IMG/VR virus record: IMGVR_UViG_3300029390_000003
DNA from: a virus
Direction: 5' to 3' (one strand)
Length of the DNA: 64,000 nucleotides
Below are positions 1 through 9,442 of this stretch, piece by piece (within the stretch, counting starts at the first letter, position 1; every line of letters starts with the position of its first letter). The notes below the pieces were generated by a model, which was not told where the DNA came from, did no database searches, and saw only the letters and a list, made by a program, of their open reading frames with translations. The position numbers and the translations under genes are program-made.

Positions 1-263
1 GGGCTTCGTGTGTGCTCCGCAGCGGTTTAGCACTCCTTTTCTCTGAGTGCTAATTGTATTGTACTCATCTTGCTCTGAAAAATCAAGGGGTTTTGCAATT
101 TTTATGAGAAAGTTTTCAGTTTTTTAACATATCGGCATTTTATTACGTTAATTCGTGAATTATTTGTATTCAATAATCTATTATGTGCCGCATGGTATGG
201 CATATCTTCGCATATCTTGGCGTATTTTCACCAAAATTGGTGTAGTGATTGGTGTAGTAACTC

Positions 264-1421
264 TCACATCTGTGCCACTTTTGCAAACTCAGTTTTTATC
301 ATATCAGCGTCGATTGATGTGTATACATCGAGCGTAATTTGTACTGAGCTATGCCCCATTAGATATTGAACTGCCTTGATGTTCATGCCGCTGCTAACTT
401 TTCTGGTACAAAAAGTGTGTCGAAGAACGTGAGGTGTGAGATTTGGTAATTGGCACTCTGGGTAAAGGCTGTTATACGCCTTTGCAATTTCTCTTAGCTC
501 ATATTCAATGTTCCAAGAGGTCTTCGGGGTTCCATTTGAATGAATTGAGATGAAACCACAATAACCATCGACCATCATCTCGTTTGTTTGTGGCCGACGA
601 TTGATAATGGCTTTAATCGCGTGATATGCTTCAGCGCTCAATGGAATCGTCCGAAACCCAGCTTTTGATTTTGGATCTGTGATGTAGAGTTCTCCTTTTG
701 AGGTTTTGATGAGTTGTTTATCAATTACAACTTCATGTTTCACAAAATCAATGTCCGAAAGTGTTAATCCACAAAATTCACTTACGCGAATTCCAGTTTC
801 ATACAAAAATACGATGTCATCATAATACTTATGAAAGACTCGATCACATAAAACGAATTCAAGCAAATCAGAATACTGTTGTTCAGTTAATGCGACTCTT
901 TTTTTAGTGTCGTTTTTTATAACTTCATTCAGCTGAAAATCAAACGGATTCTTTAAAATTAAATCATCTTCTTGAGCCATTTTAAATGCAGCTTTTATCA
1001 GTGTTTTTATAGTTTTTATTGTACTGTATTTCAACCCATTCTGGCTCAAATCAATAATCAGTTGTTTTGCGTCTGAAATTTTTACGTCAATGATTTTTGT
1101 ATTACCGATAGACGTATCCTTCAACTTGTTTGTCGTTGTATAATATGTCTTCAAACTCGATTTCTTTATTGATGTTTTCTTAAATTCATAATATCTTATA
1201 AGAAACTGATATGTTGTTATTTTACCGCCTTCAAAATCTATCCCTTGAGAAATTATTTTACTAGCATTATTTTCTTTTTCTCGAAGAACTTTTAAATCTT
1301 TCGCATAAATTGTGTGACGTTTTCCAGTTTTATCAGTCCATCGATATTGATACATGCCATCCTTTCTTTGGCTTTCTCCATTTTTTAAAACTCTGCCTTT
1401 ACTATCTTTACGTCTTTCCAT
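264..1421 (-). CDS. int: Tyrosine-type site-specific integrase. The true start is probably the internal Met (MERRKDSKG...).
   Basis: The C-terminus has the catalytic signature HVLRHTFCTR...LMGHSSVQITLDVYTS (R, H-x-x-R and the Tyr nucleophile). The N-terminal part resembles the SAM-like DNA-binding domain of phage integrases. It is the last gene of the minus-strand array at the window edge. Confidence 0.85.
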   Translation of the reverse strand: MERRKDSKGRVLKNGESQRKDGMYQYRWTDKTGKRHTIYAKDLKVLREKENNASKIISQGIDFEGGKITTYQFLIRYYEFKKTSIKKSSLKTYYTTTNKLKDTSIGNTKIIDVKISDAKQLIIDLSQNGLKYSTIKTIKTLIKAAFKMAQEDDLILKNPFDFQLNEVIKNDTKKRVALTEQQYSDLLEFVLCDRVFHKYYDDIVFLYETGIRVSEFCGLTLSDIDFVKHEVVIDKQLIKTSKGELYITDPKSKAGFRTIPLSAEAYHAIKAIINRRPQTNEMMVDGYCGFISIHSNGTPKTSWNIEYELREIAKAYNSLYPECQLPNLTPHVLRHTFCTRKVSSGMNIKAVQYLMGHSSVQITLDVYTSIDADMIKTEFAKVAQM

Positions 1422-1494
1422 AAATAGACTCCTTACATTTACTATAAAGAGCCTTGATGTGACACTATAAGTATACCACACCAAAGCTCTGATT

Positions 1495-1689
1495 TCAAAT
1501 CGAATAAGACTGGTCTATGTATTTTTCAAGTGCTTTGCGTTTAATCAAGCGTTTTGATCCAACCCACAGCACAAGCTGCTTGTCGTCCTTGTCTGTAATT
1601 TCTCTTAATTTATGTGTGCCGATATTAGAGTACGCAGCGGCTTCTTCCACAGTAAGCGTCGTTTTTTCCCAGATTGGGACTTCTTTCAT
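1495..1689 (-). CDS. Small helix-turn-helix protein, excisionase or AlpA-like.
   Basis: It is 64 aa, sits immediately upstream of int, and has the pattern LTVEEAAAYSNIGTHKLREI typical of Xis/AlpA helix-turn-helix proteins. Confidence 0.5.
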   Translation of the reverse strand: MKEVPIWEKTTLTVEEAAAYSNIGTHKLREITDKDDKQLVLWVGSKRLIKRKALEKYIDQSYSI

Positions 1690-2513
1690 TCAATCACCTT
1701 CTCCATCTTATACTCACCATATTTCGCTACACATACATTATAAAGTAGCATGGCGCGTGTCATTAGTCCAACCCCACCGATTCGAGGAGTCACTTTGATA
1801 TCTTTCATATCATAAACAGCGTCAGCACAGTCACCGTGCTGCTTGCCGTTTTCGTCATAGTTGATACCAACATCGATACACACTTTAACCCGATCAATAT
1901 CAAACGGTATGATAAAGTTGCGCTTACCCACAGCAGAAATAATCACATCGACCATTTCAAATTCAAGAGCAGTTGCTTTCATAGCGGAACCAGTGCTATT
2001 CACAGAGATCACATTACAGTGTCGTTTAATCAGCATATCGACCAACGGACGACCTACGATATCAGATTGACCACACACAAGCGCATTCTTGCCATCCAGA
2101 TCGTAACCGATGGAGTCAAAAATCTTCATAACGCCCAGCGGAGTGCACGGCTGAAATGGAGATGTAGAATTAAAACCATCAACATCAACCGCGTCTGGAA
2201 TGCAGATATTTTGGGGGTTGATATGTTTTGGCAGTGGAAGCTGGACGATGATACCGTCCACATCTTCCCAATTATAATCTTCTAGTATCTTGTTGTTCAA
2301 TTCGTCTTCAGTGATATTTTCTGGCAGTTTGATAAGGTTTGCTTCGATTCCAACCTCTTCACAGTCACGCAGCTTGCCACGGATATAAGCATTAGACGCA
2401 GGGTTGTCCCCTACTTGATAAATATATAAAACAGGAGCGTAGTCGGCTTCTGCAATAATATTCTTGATTTTATTTTTGATGTCTTGTGCAATAGATTTGC
2501 AGTCAATAATCAT
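1686..2513 (-). CDS. folD: Bifunctional 5,10-methylene-THF dehydrogenase / methenyl-THF cyclohydrolase.
   Basis: FolD motifs are present: GIIVQLPLP, DVDGF, PCTPLG, GQSDIVGRP and the C-terminal PRIGGVGLMT. Confidence 0.85.
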   Translation of the reverse strand: MIIDCKSIAQDIKNKIKNIIAEADYAPVLYIYQVGDNPASNAYIRGKLRDCEEVGIEANLIKLPENITEDELNNKILEDYNWEDVDGIIVQLPLPKHINPQNICIPDAVDVDGFNSTSPFQPCTPLGVMKIFDSIGYDLDGKNALVCGQSDIVGRPLVDMLIKRHCNVISVNSTGSAMKATALEFEMVDVIISAVGKRNFIIPFDIDRVKVCIDVGINYDENGKQHGDCADAVYDMKDIKVTPRIGGVGLMTRAMLLYNVCVAKYGEYKMEKVIE

Positions 2514-2753
2514 TGTGAACCTCCTTTATAAGAATCCAAGTTTTATAAAATTGCTTTGTAGCCAAGATCATTTAAACACTGGCAATACCCACGGACGCCG
2601 TCCGACCCTACTTTATAAATAGAGCCAACATACTTTTTGTCTTTATCAAAAAACTCAATTCGCCATTTCCCATCACGAATATATTTAGCTCTATAAAAGT
2701 CAAAATCTTTCATTGATATTTCCCTTCATAAAACCCTAATTCTTCCATAAGAA

Positions 2754-3173
2754 TCACCTCGTTACTGTACTAACTCCATTATTTTTAATCTGTCCTTTTT
2801 GAGCATGAATTATTACAGAGTCTGCATTGACAATACTGGTCGATTTATATTCGATATACGGAGTATTACTATCGTACACAATCTGTACATGGCCTTTGAT
2901 ATTCATGTATGTGCCATTACAAAGAACCGTAAGCATCTCGTAATTTTCTGCTGGGACATTAGATACCATAGTAGATGTATATCCGTAGATACCCGGTTCC
3001 AGTTCTTCAATAGTGGCAGTCCACTTAATCGGATTATAATGACGATAGATACCGTCGCCAATCGCCCATACAAAATATCCAACAATAAGAGTAATGAGCA
3101 CACCGACTGTCAAAAACAAGATCTTTTCTCCAAGAGTGAGTTTTTCGTTATTATCATCCAAGTTCAATACCAC
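2754..3173 (-). CDS. Hypothetical membrane protein.
   Basis: It has an N-terminal hydrophobic segment (ILFLTVGVLITLIVGYFVWAI) and no recognisable domain. Confidence 0.3.
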   Translation of the reverse strand: MVLNLDDNNEKLTLGEKILFLTVGVLITLIVGYFVWAIGDGIYRHYNPIKWTATIEELEPGIYGYTSTMVSNVPAENYEMLTVLCNGTYMNIKGHVQIVYDSNTPYIEYKSTSIVNADSVIIHAQKGQIKNNGVSTVTR

Positions 3174-3642
3174 CTTCGTTTACAATATAGATACCGTTGT
3201 CTTTAAGATATTCTATAAATTCTTCGTGTGGCAACTTATCGGCAAGCTCATAAATAGTGTAGTTACTTCTGCCTTTCACCCACTTTGTTTCTTTACGCAA
3301 GCAAGACCATTGATGTACACGAAATTCCTTACAACGCCATTTTAAATGAAAGGCATCTCCGCACAAATCGCAAATCGGTATTTCTACATAAAAGTCACCC
3401 GGATAGCGTTTTCGTCGCCACCACTCCATATCATAGAATACAATACCATAGAATTCAGGATAATCTTTAAATCCATGTTCTCTAAGATAAGCAAAACCCA
3501 ATCCATTGATGGTCCATTCTGGCGACCTTGGAACTGTATATCGAAGCTGCGATTCTGTATGCGAGATACAGGCATTGTTATATTTTCCATCAATGCCCAT
3601 AATGTACCAGTCGGATTTATAATAGCCTATTTGTTTAGTCAC
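3154..3642 (-). CDS. Hypothetical protein with a Cys/His cluster.
   Basis: This 162-aa ORF is tightly packed with its neighbours and carries a CDLCGDAFHLKWRCKEFRVHQWSC cluster. Confidence 0.3.
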   Translation of the reverse strand: MTKQIGYYKSDWYIMGIDGKYNNACISHTESQLRYTVPRSPEWTINGLGFAYLREHGFKDYPEFYGIVFYDMEWWRRKRYPGDFYVEIPICDLCGDAFHLKWRCKEFRVHQWSCLRKETKWVKGRSNYTIYELADKLPHEEFIEYLKDNGIYIVNEGGIELG

Positions 3643-4099
3643 AACTAATCACATCCCCCGTATCATCACCCAACGGCCACGTGCATCCATAAAATGTTCC
3701 CAAATTTTCGATTTTAAAATAGTACCATTTCTTCGTCACGTAGTCATAAATACTGTAGCAAGTGCAGCGGCCATCCGGCCAATGGTTCTTTTTAATAGCG
3801 TCAATATCAAGTTCTAAAAATCGTTTGATTTCGGATAATTTATATGAAGCAAAAATATAATCCCATGGGCCACGCCAATGGATAAACCACATGTGCTTTA
3901 CGAAGTTCGGCCATTCTACAGAAAATCGTTCGACTGGTTTACTTCTGCCAAAATTCTTATATTGAAGAAAATAGTTGCTGATACCGTGTACACCAGTCCA
4001 ATAATGGTCTTTAGTGCAGATGAAATGAGAATAGTTTTCCCATTCTGGATTTTGTATTTCCCAGTGATTCTTTTCGATTGAAAAATCTTTATTTACCAT
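3635..4099 (-). CDS. Hypothetical protein.
   Basis: This 154-aa ORF overlaps the start of the downstream gene, and there is no intergenic gap. Confidence 0.3.
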   Translation of the reverse strand: MVNKDFSIEKNHWEIQNPEWENYSHFICTKDHYWTGVHGISNYFLQYKNFGRSKPVERFSVEWPNFVKHMWFIHWRGPWDYIFASYKLSEIKRFLELDIDAIKKNHWPDGRCTCYSIYDYVTKKWYYFKIENLGTFYGCTWPLGDDTGDVISCD

Positions 4100-4703
4100 T
4101 TACGTTACCGACTTTTAATGATTGGATTGTTATAGATACTTTTCTTTTGTTTAAAAAGATGTCTGAGATATTCAGGCGTTTGATCTGCATAATAAGTGTA
4201 TTCTAATTTGCAGCCATATTTTTTATCAAACTCTATTAGTTCTTCTTCCGTAAGAGTGCCATTCTTAATTTTCTCTAAAAATAGTTTATAGTCTTCTGTG
4301 AATGTACTACAAAATGCAAAGTCACCCATAAGTCACCTCATAAAAGTCTAGTTCTTAAAAAATAAGCTTACGCTGATATTTATTTAAAACTTCCTGAATC
4401 TCATCAACAAAACTTTCAACAGCAGAATCTGTTTTTTCTTTCTGATATTCTTCTACAGAATCTACATCAACGTCAATATTGATTACATCATTGTGGTATG
4501 GCTCTCCAGTCAAATCAATTCCATAGTTGATTTCATCGAACGGAGCCTCATACCAGTTGCCGTTTTCTCTATTAACAACCCCAAAGGTCAATTCGGTATT
4601 TTCATCATAGCCTATTTCATTCAGTTTTTTGATAAGTTCTATAACTTTCATCTCATACACCATCCTTTGATTTTCTCACACGCTCTGCAAATTGCGTCAA
4701 AAG

Positions 4704-5114
4704 TCAACTCTCGTCTGCATCAGAAACAGTTTGAAGTACGCTCTCCGCTTCTTTGCGAGCCAATCGTTGTTTATATTCTTTGTTTGCGATTCGTTCTTGC
4801 TCATGCAATTCAAGTCCTTTCAGCCAGTAAGATGGACATTCATAAATTTTTTCAAGTGTGTTTGCATCGCAAAAGTGTTCTCGATCTCTCTTATTGTAAT
4901 CGTAATATCCAATAAATGACAGACCACAATCGCTTATTACAACGTTGTCTTTTAAAAGAATCGGACGCTCATCCATGACCTTAACCCAACCGAGAAAGTC
5001 TTCGCAAGATTCGGCGCAACTATCTCTTGTTTGCTTTCTATAAGCGCATACTTCTTTATGTAGACATTTACTGCAAATAGCCATTTTTTTCTCACCTCTT
5101 TCTAAAACATACAT
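4704..5114 (-). CDS. Cys-rich hypothetical protein.
   Basis: CSKCLHKEVCAYRKQ...CAESCEDF at the N-terminus suggests zinc binding. Confidence 0.3.
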   Translation of the reverse strand: MYVLERGEKKMAICSKCLHKEVCAYRKQTRDSCAESCEDFLGWVKVMDERPILLKDNVVISDCGLSFIGYYDYNKRDREHFCDANTLEKIYECPSYWLKGLELHEQERIANKEYKQRLARKEAESVLQTVSDADES

Positions 5115-5141
5115 TCTTGAAAATAAACTTGCTTTGGCATA

Positions 5142-5441
5142 TTATTTTTCTTTATCGCAAATTCTGCAATACCGATGAAACGGAGATTCGATAATCTGCC
5201 AAAATATAGGTTTCCACTTGTGTTTATTAAAGATACGGCTGTTCTCCATAATATCAACCGGATAAGAACTAGAATCACATTCAGGACAGTTGTATTTCAA
5301 ATCACAATAATTGGCTGGCTTGAACTCTCCAAGAGAATCTGCATCAACCCAAAACTCGCAACCGCAGCTAGAACATCTAAACTCTACTGAGTATTTTGTT
5401 TTTTCTCTTTCTTTACCATGGACTTCAATTCGTATAGCCAT
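5142..5441 (-). CDS. Small zinc-ribbon protein, paralog 1 of 3.
   Basis: It starts MAIRIEVHGKEREKTKYSVEFRCSSCGC...CPECD. A GAGGTG ribosome-binding site lies upstream of the internal ATG. Confidence 0.45.
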   Translation of the reverse strand: MAIRIEVHGKEREKTKYSVEFRCSSCGCEFWVDADSLGEFKPANYCDLKYNCPECDSSSYPVDIMENSRIFNKHKWKPIFWQIIESPFHRYCRICDKEK

Positions 5442-5449
5442 TTGGCACC

Positions 5450-5683
5450 TCAATCCACAAAAATCTTTTCTCTTGGAACTGTAGATAAACAAGATGAAAC
5501 TTCTGTGTTGCATTCTGGGCAAATCGCCTGTTTAACCGGTGAGTATTCAGTCCAATCAAATTCTTTTGGAATTTTCGTATCTTCTTCATCAGCCCAAAAT
5601 ACGCATCCACATTTACAAAGGAATTTAACGGCATATCTTGTTTTCTTTCGCTCATGTTTGTGTTCAATAATCTTAATCGCCAT
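5450..5683 (-). CDS. Small zinc-ribbon protein, paralog 2 of 3.
   Basis: MAIKIIEHKHERKKTRYAVKFLCKCGC...CPECN has the same architecture as paralog 1. A GGAGGTG ribosome-binding site precedes the ATG at 5683. Confidence 0.45.
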   Translation of the reverse strand: MAIKIIEHKHERKKTRYAVKFLCKCGCVFWADEEDTKIPKEFDWTEYSPVKQAICPECNTEVSSCLSTVPREKIFVD

Positions 5684-5903
5684 CTGGCACCTCCACGGTA
5701 AAAATAGTTTTAGTTGCTTCTTTCCAAGAAATAAACTCAGCCCCAGCAACTTCCGCTCTACATCTATAGCACGCAATCACATTATTCTCAGGAATGTCCA
5801 AATCAGGATTTTCAAAAGAAGCCACTCGAATCTTAGTTGTACAACCGCAATTCTTACATGGAAATACGATTACCGGATTTTTTAAACTATCAGTCTTATG
5901 CAT
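5673..5903 (-). CDS. Small zinc-ribbon protein, paralog 3 of 3.
   Basis: CKNCGCTTKIRV...CYRCR. It is third in the tandem array. Confidence 0.4.
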   Translation of the reverse strand: MHKTDSLKNPVIVFPCKNCGCTTKIRVASFENPDLDIPENNVIACYRCRAEVAGAEFISWKEATKTIFTVEVPDGD

Positions 5904-7509
5904 ATCTACGCCTCAATCCGCAAACACAAACGATGTATTAAAAAAATTCGATCCAATAATCATATTTTCTTCGGACAAAGCGACTTTGATAATCTCATCG
6001 TCAGTATACGTTTCATCATATTCTGCTGTGTCGCAGACTTTGTATATCTCGCCGTCTTTATTTTGGAACAACGTTCCTTTACCAAGTTTTAATGGTTCTG
6101 TTTTCTTTTCTTCTCGAATATGTGCTTTCATGTATTTATTCCTCCCACCCACCCGTAAAATTTACCTTTTACCAGAATGAATATTTCGTTCTAATTGAAG
6201 GTGTTTCTACACTTTTTGCAGGATTTTCCAGCATCGCGGCCTTCGCCGTGATTTCATCGATACTCTTTTGGAAATCCTGTAGCTTCTTCAATTCGCTTTC
6301 GATGTCCAGTTTCACTTCGACATTCTCGATAAACCCCATATCCTCAAGGCATTTGCAGTAGCCAGCAATCTCGTTATAGAAGATGTGGTTGTACTCTTCC
6401 AAAAGCGTATGCCCGTCAAACAGCTTTACTTGCCATGCAATTCCAAATGGAGCTTCTTTCTCGTAATGAGATTCGACAGTGTAATACTTCATACATACCT
6501 CAAATCAGCTTAATACCTTCTGGTTTAACATAATAAACAGAATTATTATACTTAACTACAAGATAACATCCATAAAGATTTTGAATCATCTTTTGAATAT
6601 ACACCTCAGCACCTTTTGGGATATCTTCCTTGTGTAAGGCAAGTGCAGTTTTCCAATCTTCGTCCATGAGATTTTCCAAAGCAACGCCTTTGCGCCCAGT
6701 GTATCTATCGTACATTATGTATTCTCCTTACTTAATGCCGTACTTAGCTTTGACCTTCTTCAAAGTCTCACTCTTGTTGTGATAGTCATCGCGAGCTGCC
6801 TGATAAGAAGTCATCTTCTCTGCAAGGACACGCTTTGCTTCGGCCTCTGCAACGTCAGCCTCTGCCAGCTCCTTGTTCAAAACAAAGCCGCTCGTCTTGA
6901 TACCATCAATAAAACCATCCATGCGATCCTTCTTGACACTCTTCTCGCCCATTGCACCAGTATCAGTGTTAAACATCTTCACAACAGAATCTTCGACACC
7001 AGCGATATTGTAAACGTAAAAATATTTAGCCATAATTTAATTCTCCTCGATCTTTTCAAACTTATAAACTGTATTCTCAGTCTGGACAATAACATTTTTC
7101 TTGTCACTTGAGATGTAATAATCAACAACACAAGATGTGTGCATTGCGCCCGGATAATCATGTCCATCATTATCTTTGATGTATCGGAAACCAGCTGATT
7201 CTCCGATCTTCAGATGCACGATTTTCATTGTCATGCCAATCCAAGTTAGATACCAGCCGTCGTTTCGAGTGCGGCCAGTTACCAGTGAGATTGCGTTCGT
7301 CAGCTCGTACTGATTTTCCATAATCTCATCATCAATCGGATTTTTATGAGTCAATGCAGCATTCGGCATCTTTTCAATTGTGCGTGTCAAAAGAAGCATG
7401 AAATGCATAAACGCATCATGCTTATCCTGCTCAGCATCGATTTCTGCGTACTTGCCCATCCGATACAGAAGCTCGGACGTATCGATTGTCTTTCCCATAA
7501 ACACCTCGA

Positions 7510-8043
7510 TTACTGTTTTCCAGTAGAACCAAACCCACCGGCTCCACGCTCAGTTTCGTCCAATTTGGAAACTTCTTCAAAATCAGCCTGCCAAAACGGA
7601 ACAACTGCCATCTGAGCAATGCGGTCGCCATGAGTAATCATCTGCGGGATGTTGGAATAGTTGTGGAGAGGAATAATGATCTCTCCACGATAATCCTGGT
7701 CGATGATTGGCACAGCGTTTACAGGTGCAAGTCCCTGCTTTGTGGAAAGACCGCTGCGGGCGAAGCCCTGAATGTACCAACCTTCCGGCGGAGCCATTCG
7801 CAAACCAGTATGTACCTTAACGGTCTCATGCGGCTGAATCATAATACAACGATCGCCATTCTTGTTTACCATCGTTGCATCATCAAAACCAATATAGGCA
7901 TACAGGTCTGCACAAGCAGCATTTGCAGAACCATAAGTCGGCAGATGAGCGTCATCGTGCAATTTGTTGATTTTAATGTTGGGGCGATACGGCATCTGAC
8001 TCATGCCATAGCCAAGATTAATAGTTGTGTTTCCTAAATCCAT
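7510..8043 (-). CDS. dut: dUTP diphosphatase.
   Basis: All five dUTPase motifs are present: AACADLYA, GFARSGLS, PVNAVPIIDQDYRGE, and the C-terminal RGAGGFGSTGK. Confidence 0.85.
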   Translation of the reverse strand: MDLGNTTINLGYGMSQMPYRPNIKINKLHDDAHLPTYGSANAACADLYAYIGFDDATMVNKNGDRCIMIQPHETVKVHTGLRMAPPEGWYIQGFARSGLSTKQGLAPVNAVPIIDQDYRGEIIIPLHNYSNIPQMITHGDRIAQMAVVPFWQADFEEVSKLDETERGAGGFGSTGKQ

Positions 8044-8044
8044 G

Positions 8045-8599
8045 TTATTTTCCTTTCTCTTCTGGAGTCCACCAAAGGACTGGTCTTCGCAAAGCAAAAC
8101 TCTTATTACAGCCGATTACACGTTGATTGGAACTCCCCATGTACGGCAAAGAGATATCTCGTTTAGATTCAATATATGGGCCATCGACTAGCACGTTTAT
8201 GTTTCGAATAATTGTTACCGTTGTCGGAATAGTTTGATATTCCAATTCTTCTGCCGCCTGTTGAATCAATTCTTCCCATGTATATCCAGTCCACATCCAA
8301 ATGTCTTTGCTTCCTTCAAACTCGTGTCTGACTCTTATTAGAATTTTGCAAATCATCTCCCTGTTCTCTGGATACAGTGGATCTCCACCAGTAAGCGTAA
8401 GCCCCTGAATATAATCAGGTCGAAGTAAATCTACAATTTTATCAAGCGTTTCATCAGTGAATGGCTGACCACCATTCGGGTCCCATGTGGTAGGATTTTG
8501 ACAACCTGGACAATGGTGATCACAACCCTGCACGAAAAGTGTGACACGCACCCCTTCACCATTTGCTATATCACATGGAACGATTTTAGCGTAGTTCAT
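8045..8599 (-). CDS. nrdG: Anaerobic ribonucleotide reductase activating protein (radical SAM).
   Basis: The sequence CDIANGEGVRVTLFVQGCDHHCPGCQNPTTWD, then TLTGGDPL and GSSNQRVI, is the NrdG pattern (CxxxCxxC variant with the G-rich SAM motif). Confidence 0.8.
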   Translation of the reverse strand: MNYAKIVPCDIANGEGVRVTLFVQGCDHHCPGCQNPTTWDPNGGQPFTDETLDKIVDLLRPDYIQGLTLTGGDPLYPENREMICKILIRVRHEFEGSKDIWMWTGYTWEELIQQAAEELEYQTIPTTVTIIRNINVLVDGPYIESKRDISLPYMGSSNQRVIGCNKSFALRRPVLWWTPEEKGK

Positions 8600-8874
8600 T
8601 TTCCAACCTCGATTAAAAGACCGCAGAACGGGCAACAATTATAGCCAAGGCTTTCTGGCGACTCTTGCCCTTTAATTTCGCCACCACAACAATCACACAC
8701 CCATGCCGAGCTCTCACAATTATCTACGAACTCAAATACAGTTGTTGGCTGGCGATCTACTTGAAAATCAATAACTCGTTCAACATCTTTTAGAGTTTTG
8801 ATATGTCCAAGATTTCCTTCCAGCAAAAGACAATCTTTTAATCTATCAGCATTAACCAGTTTTATGTAGTTCAT
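8596..8874 (-). CDS. Small zinc-ribbon protein.
   Basis: It carries two CxxC pairs (CDCCGGE...CCPFCG). Confidence 0.3.
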   Translation of the reverse strand: MNYIKLVNADRLKDCLLLEGNLGHIKTLKDVERVIDFQVDRQPTTVFEFVDNCESSAWVCDCCGGEIKGQESPESLGYNCCPFCGLLIEVGK

Positions 8875-9064
8875 TTAAAACACCACCGTCCACATACTTG
8901 CACAAACGATAATAAAAACATTTAGCGCGACGCAGCCATACATTCCATTCTTCTTATCGCCTCCAAAAATATATGTAGAGGTATCATACAGAATCTGCTC
9001 GGAGCGAATTACAGTTGCGGTTAAAAGCAAAATAATATAAGCTTTGGTTGTAAGCCAAGTAATC

Positions 9065-9442
9065 TCAGTCAACATCGATTAACACCTCCTCGACAGGAAT
9101 AATCTGACCATCAACATAGTAGCACATCTGACCGTACTCATTATAATAAGGAGACATATAGCCGTAGCCTCGATTGACTGCACCTTTATAAAATAAGTAA
9201 TACATAATGTGTGTATCCTTGTTGTATACCATAGGTGTATCACTGATACGATAGAACCAGTCATTCTCTACAGCTGCATTCCCCACTGAGTCTTTCACAC
9301 TTGTACTGCATCCAGTCAGTATAATAGCTGCTAGAAGTATGCATACGACAGTATTTTTGAAATTCTTAAACATATATTTCCTTTCTGTTAAAAGCGGAAT
9401 TCTATCAAAATTTGTTATAAATTTATTGCGATAATGCGTCAA
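9065..9442 (-). CDS. Lipoprotein.
   Basis: It has a signal peptide with a lipobox (AAIILTGCSTS). Confidence 0.5.
   Translation of the reverse strand: MTHYRNKFITNFDRIPLLTERKYMFKNFKNTVVCILLAAIILTGCSTSVKDSVGNAAVENDWFYRISDTPMVYNKDTHIMYYLFYKGAVNRGYGYMSPYYNEYGQMCYYVDGQIIPVEEVLIDVD

Noticed and set aside
155-337. A 60-aa + strand ORF in the left flank.
   Set aside because: It overlaps the integrase 3' end in antisense, has no ribosome-binding site, and is probably chance.
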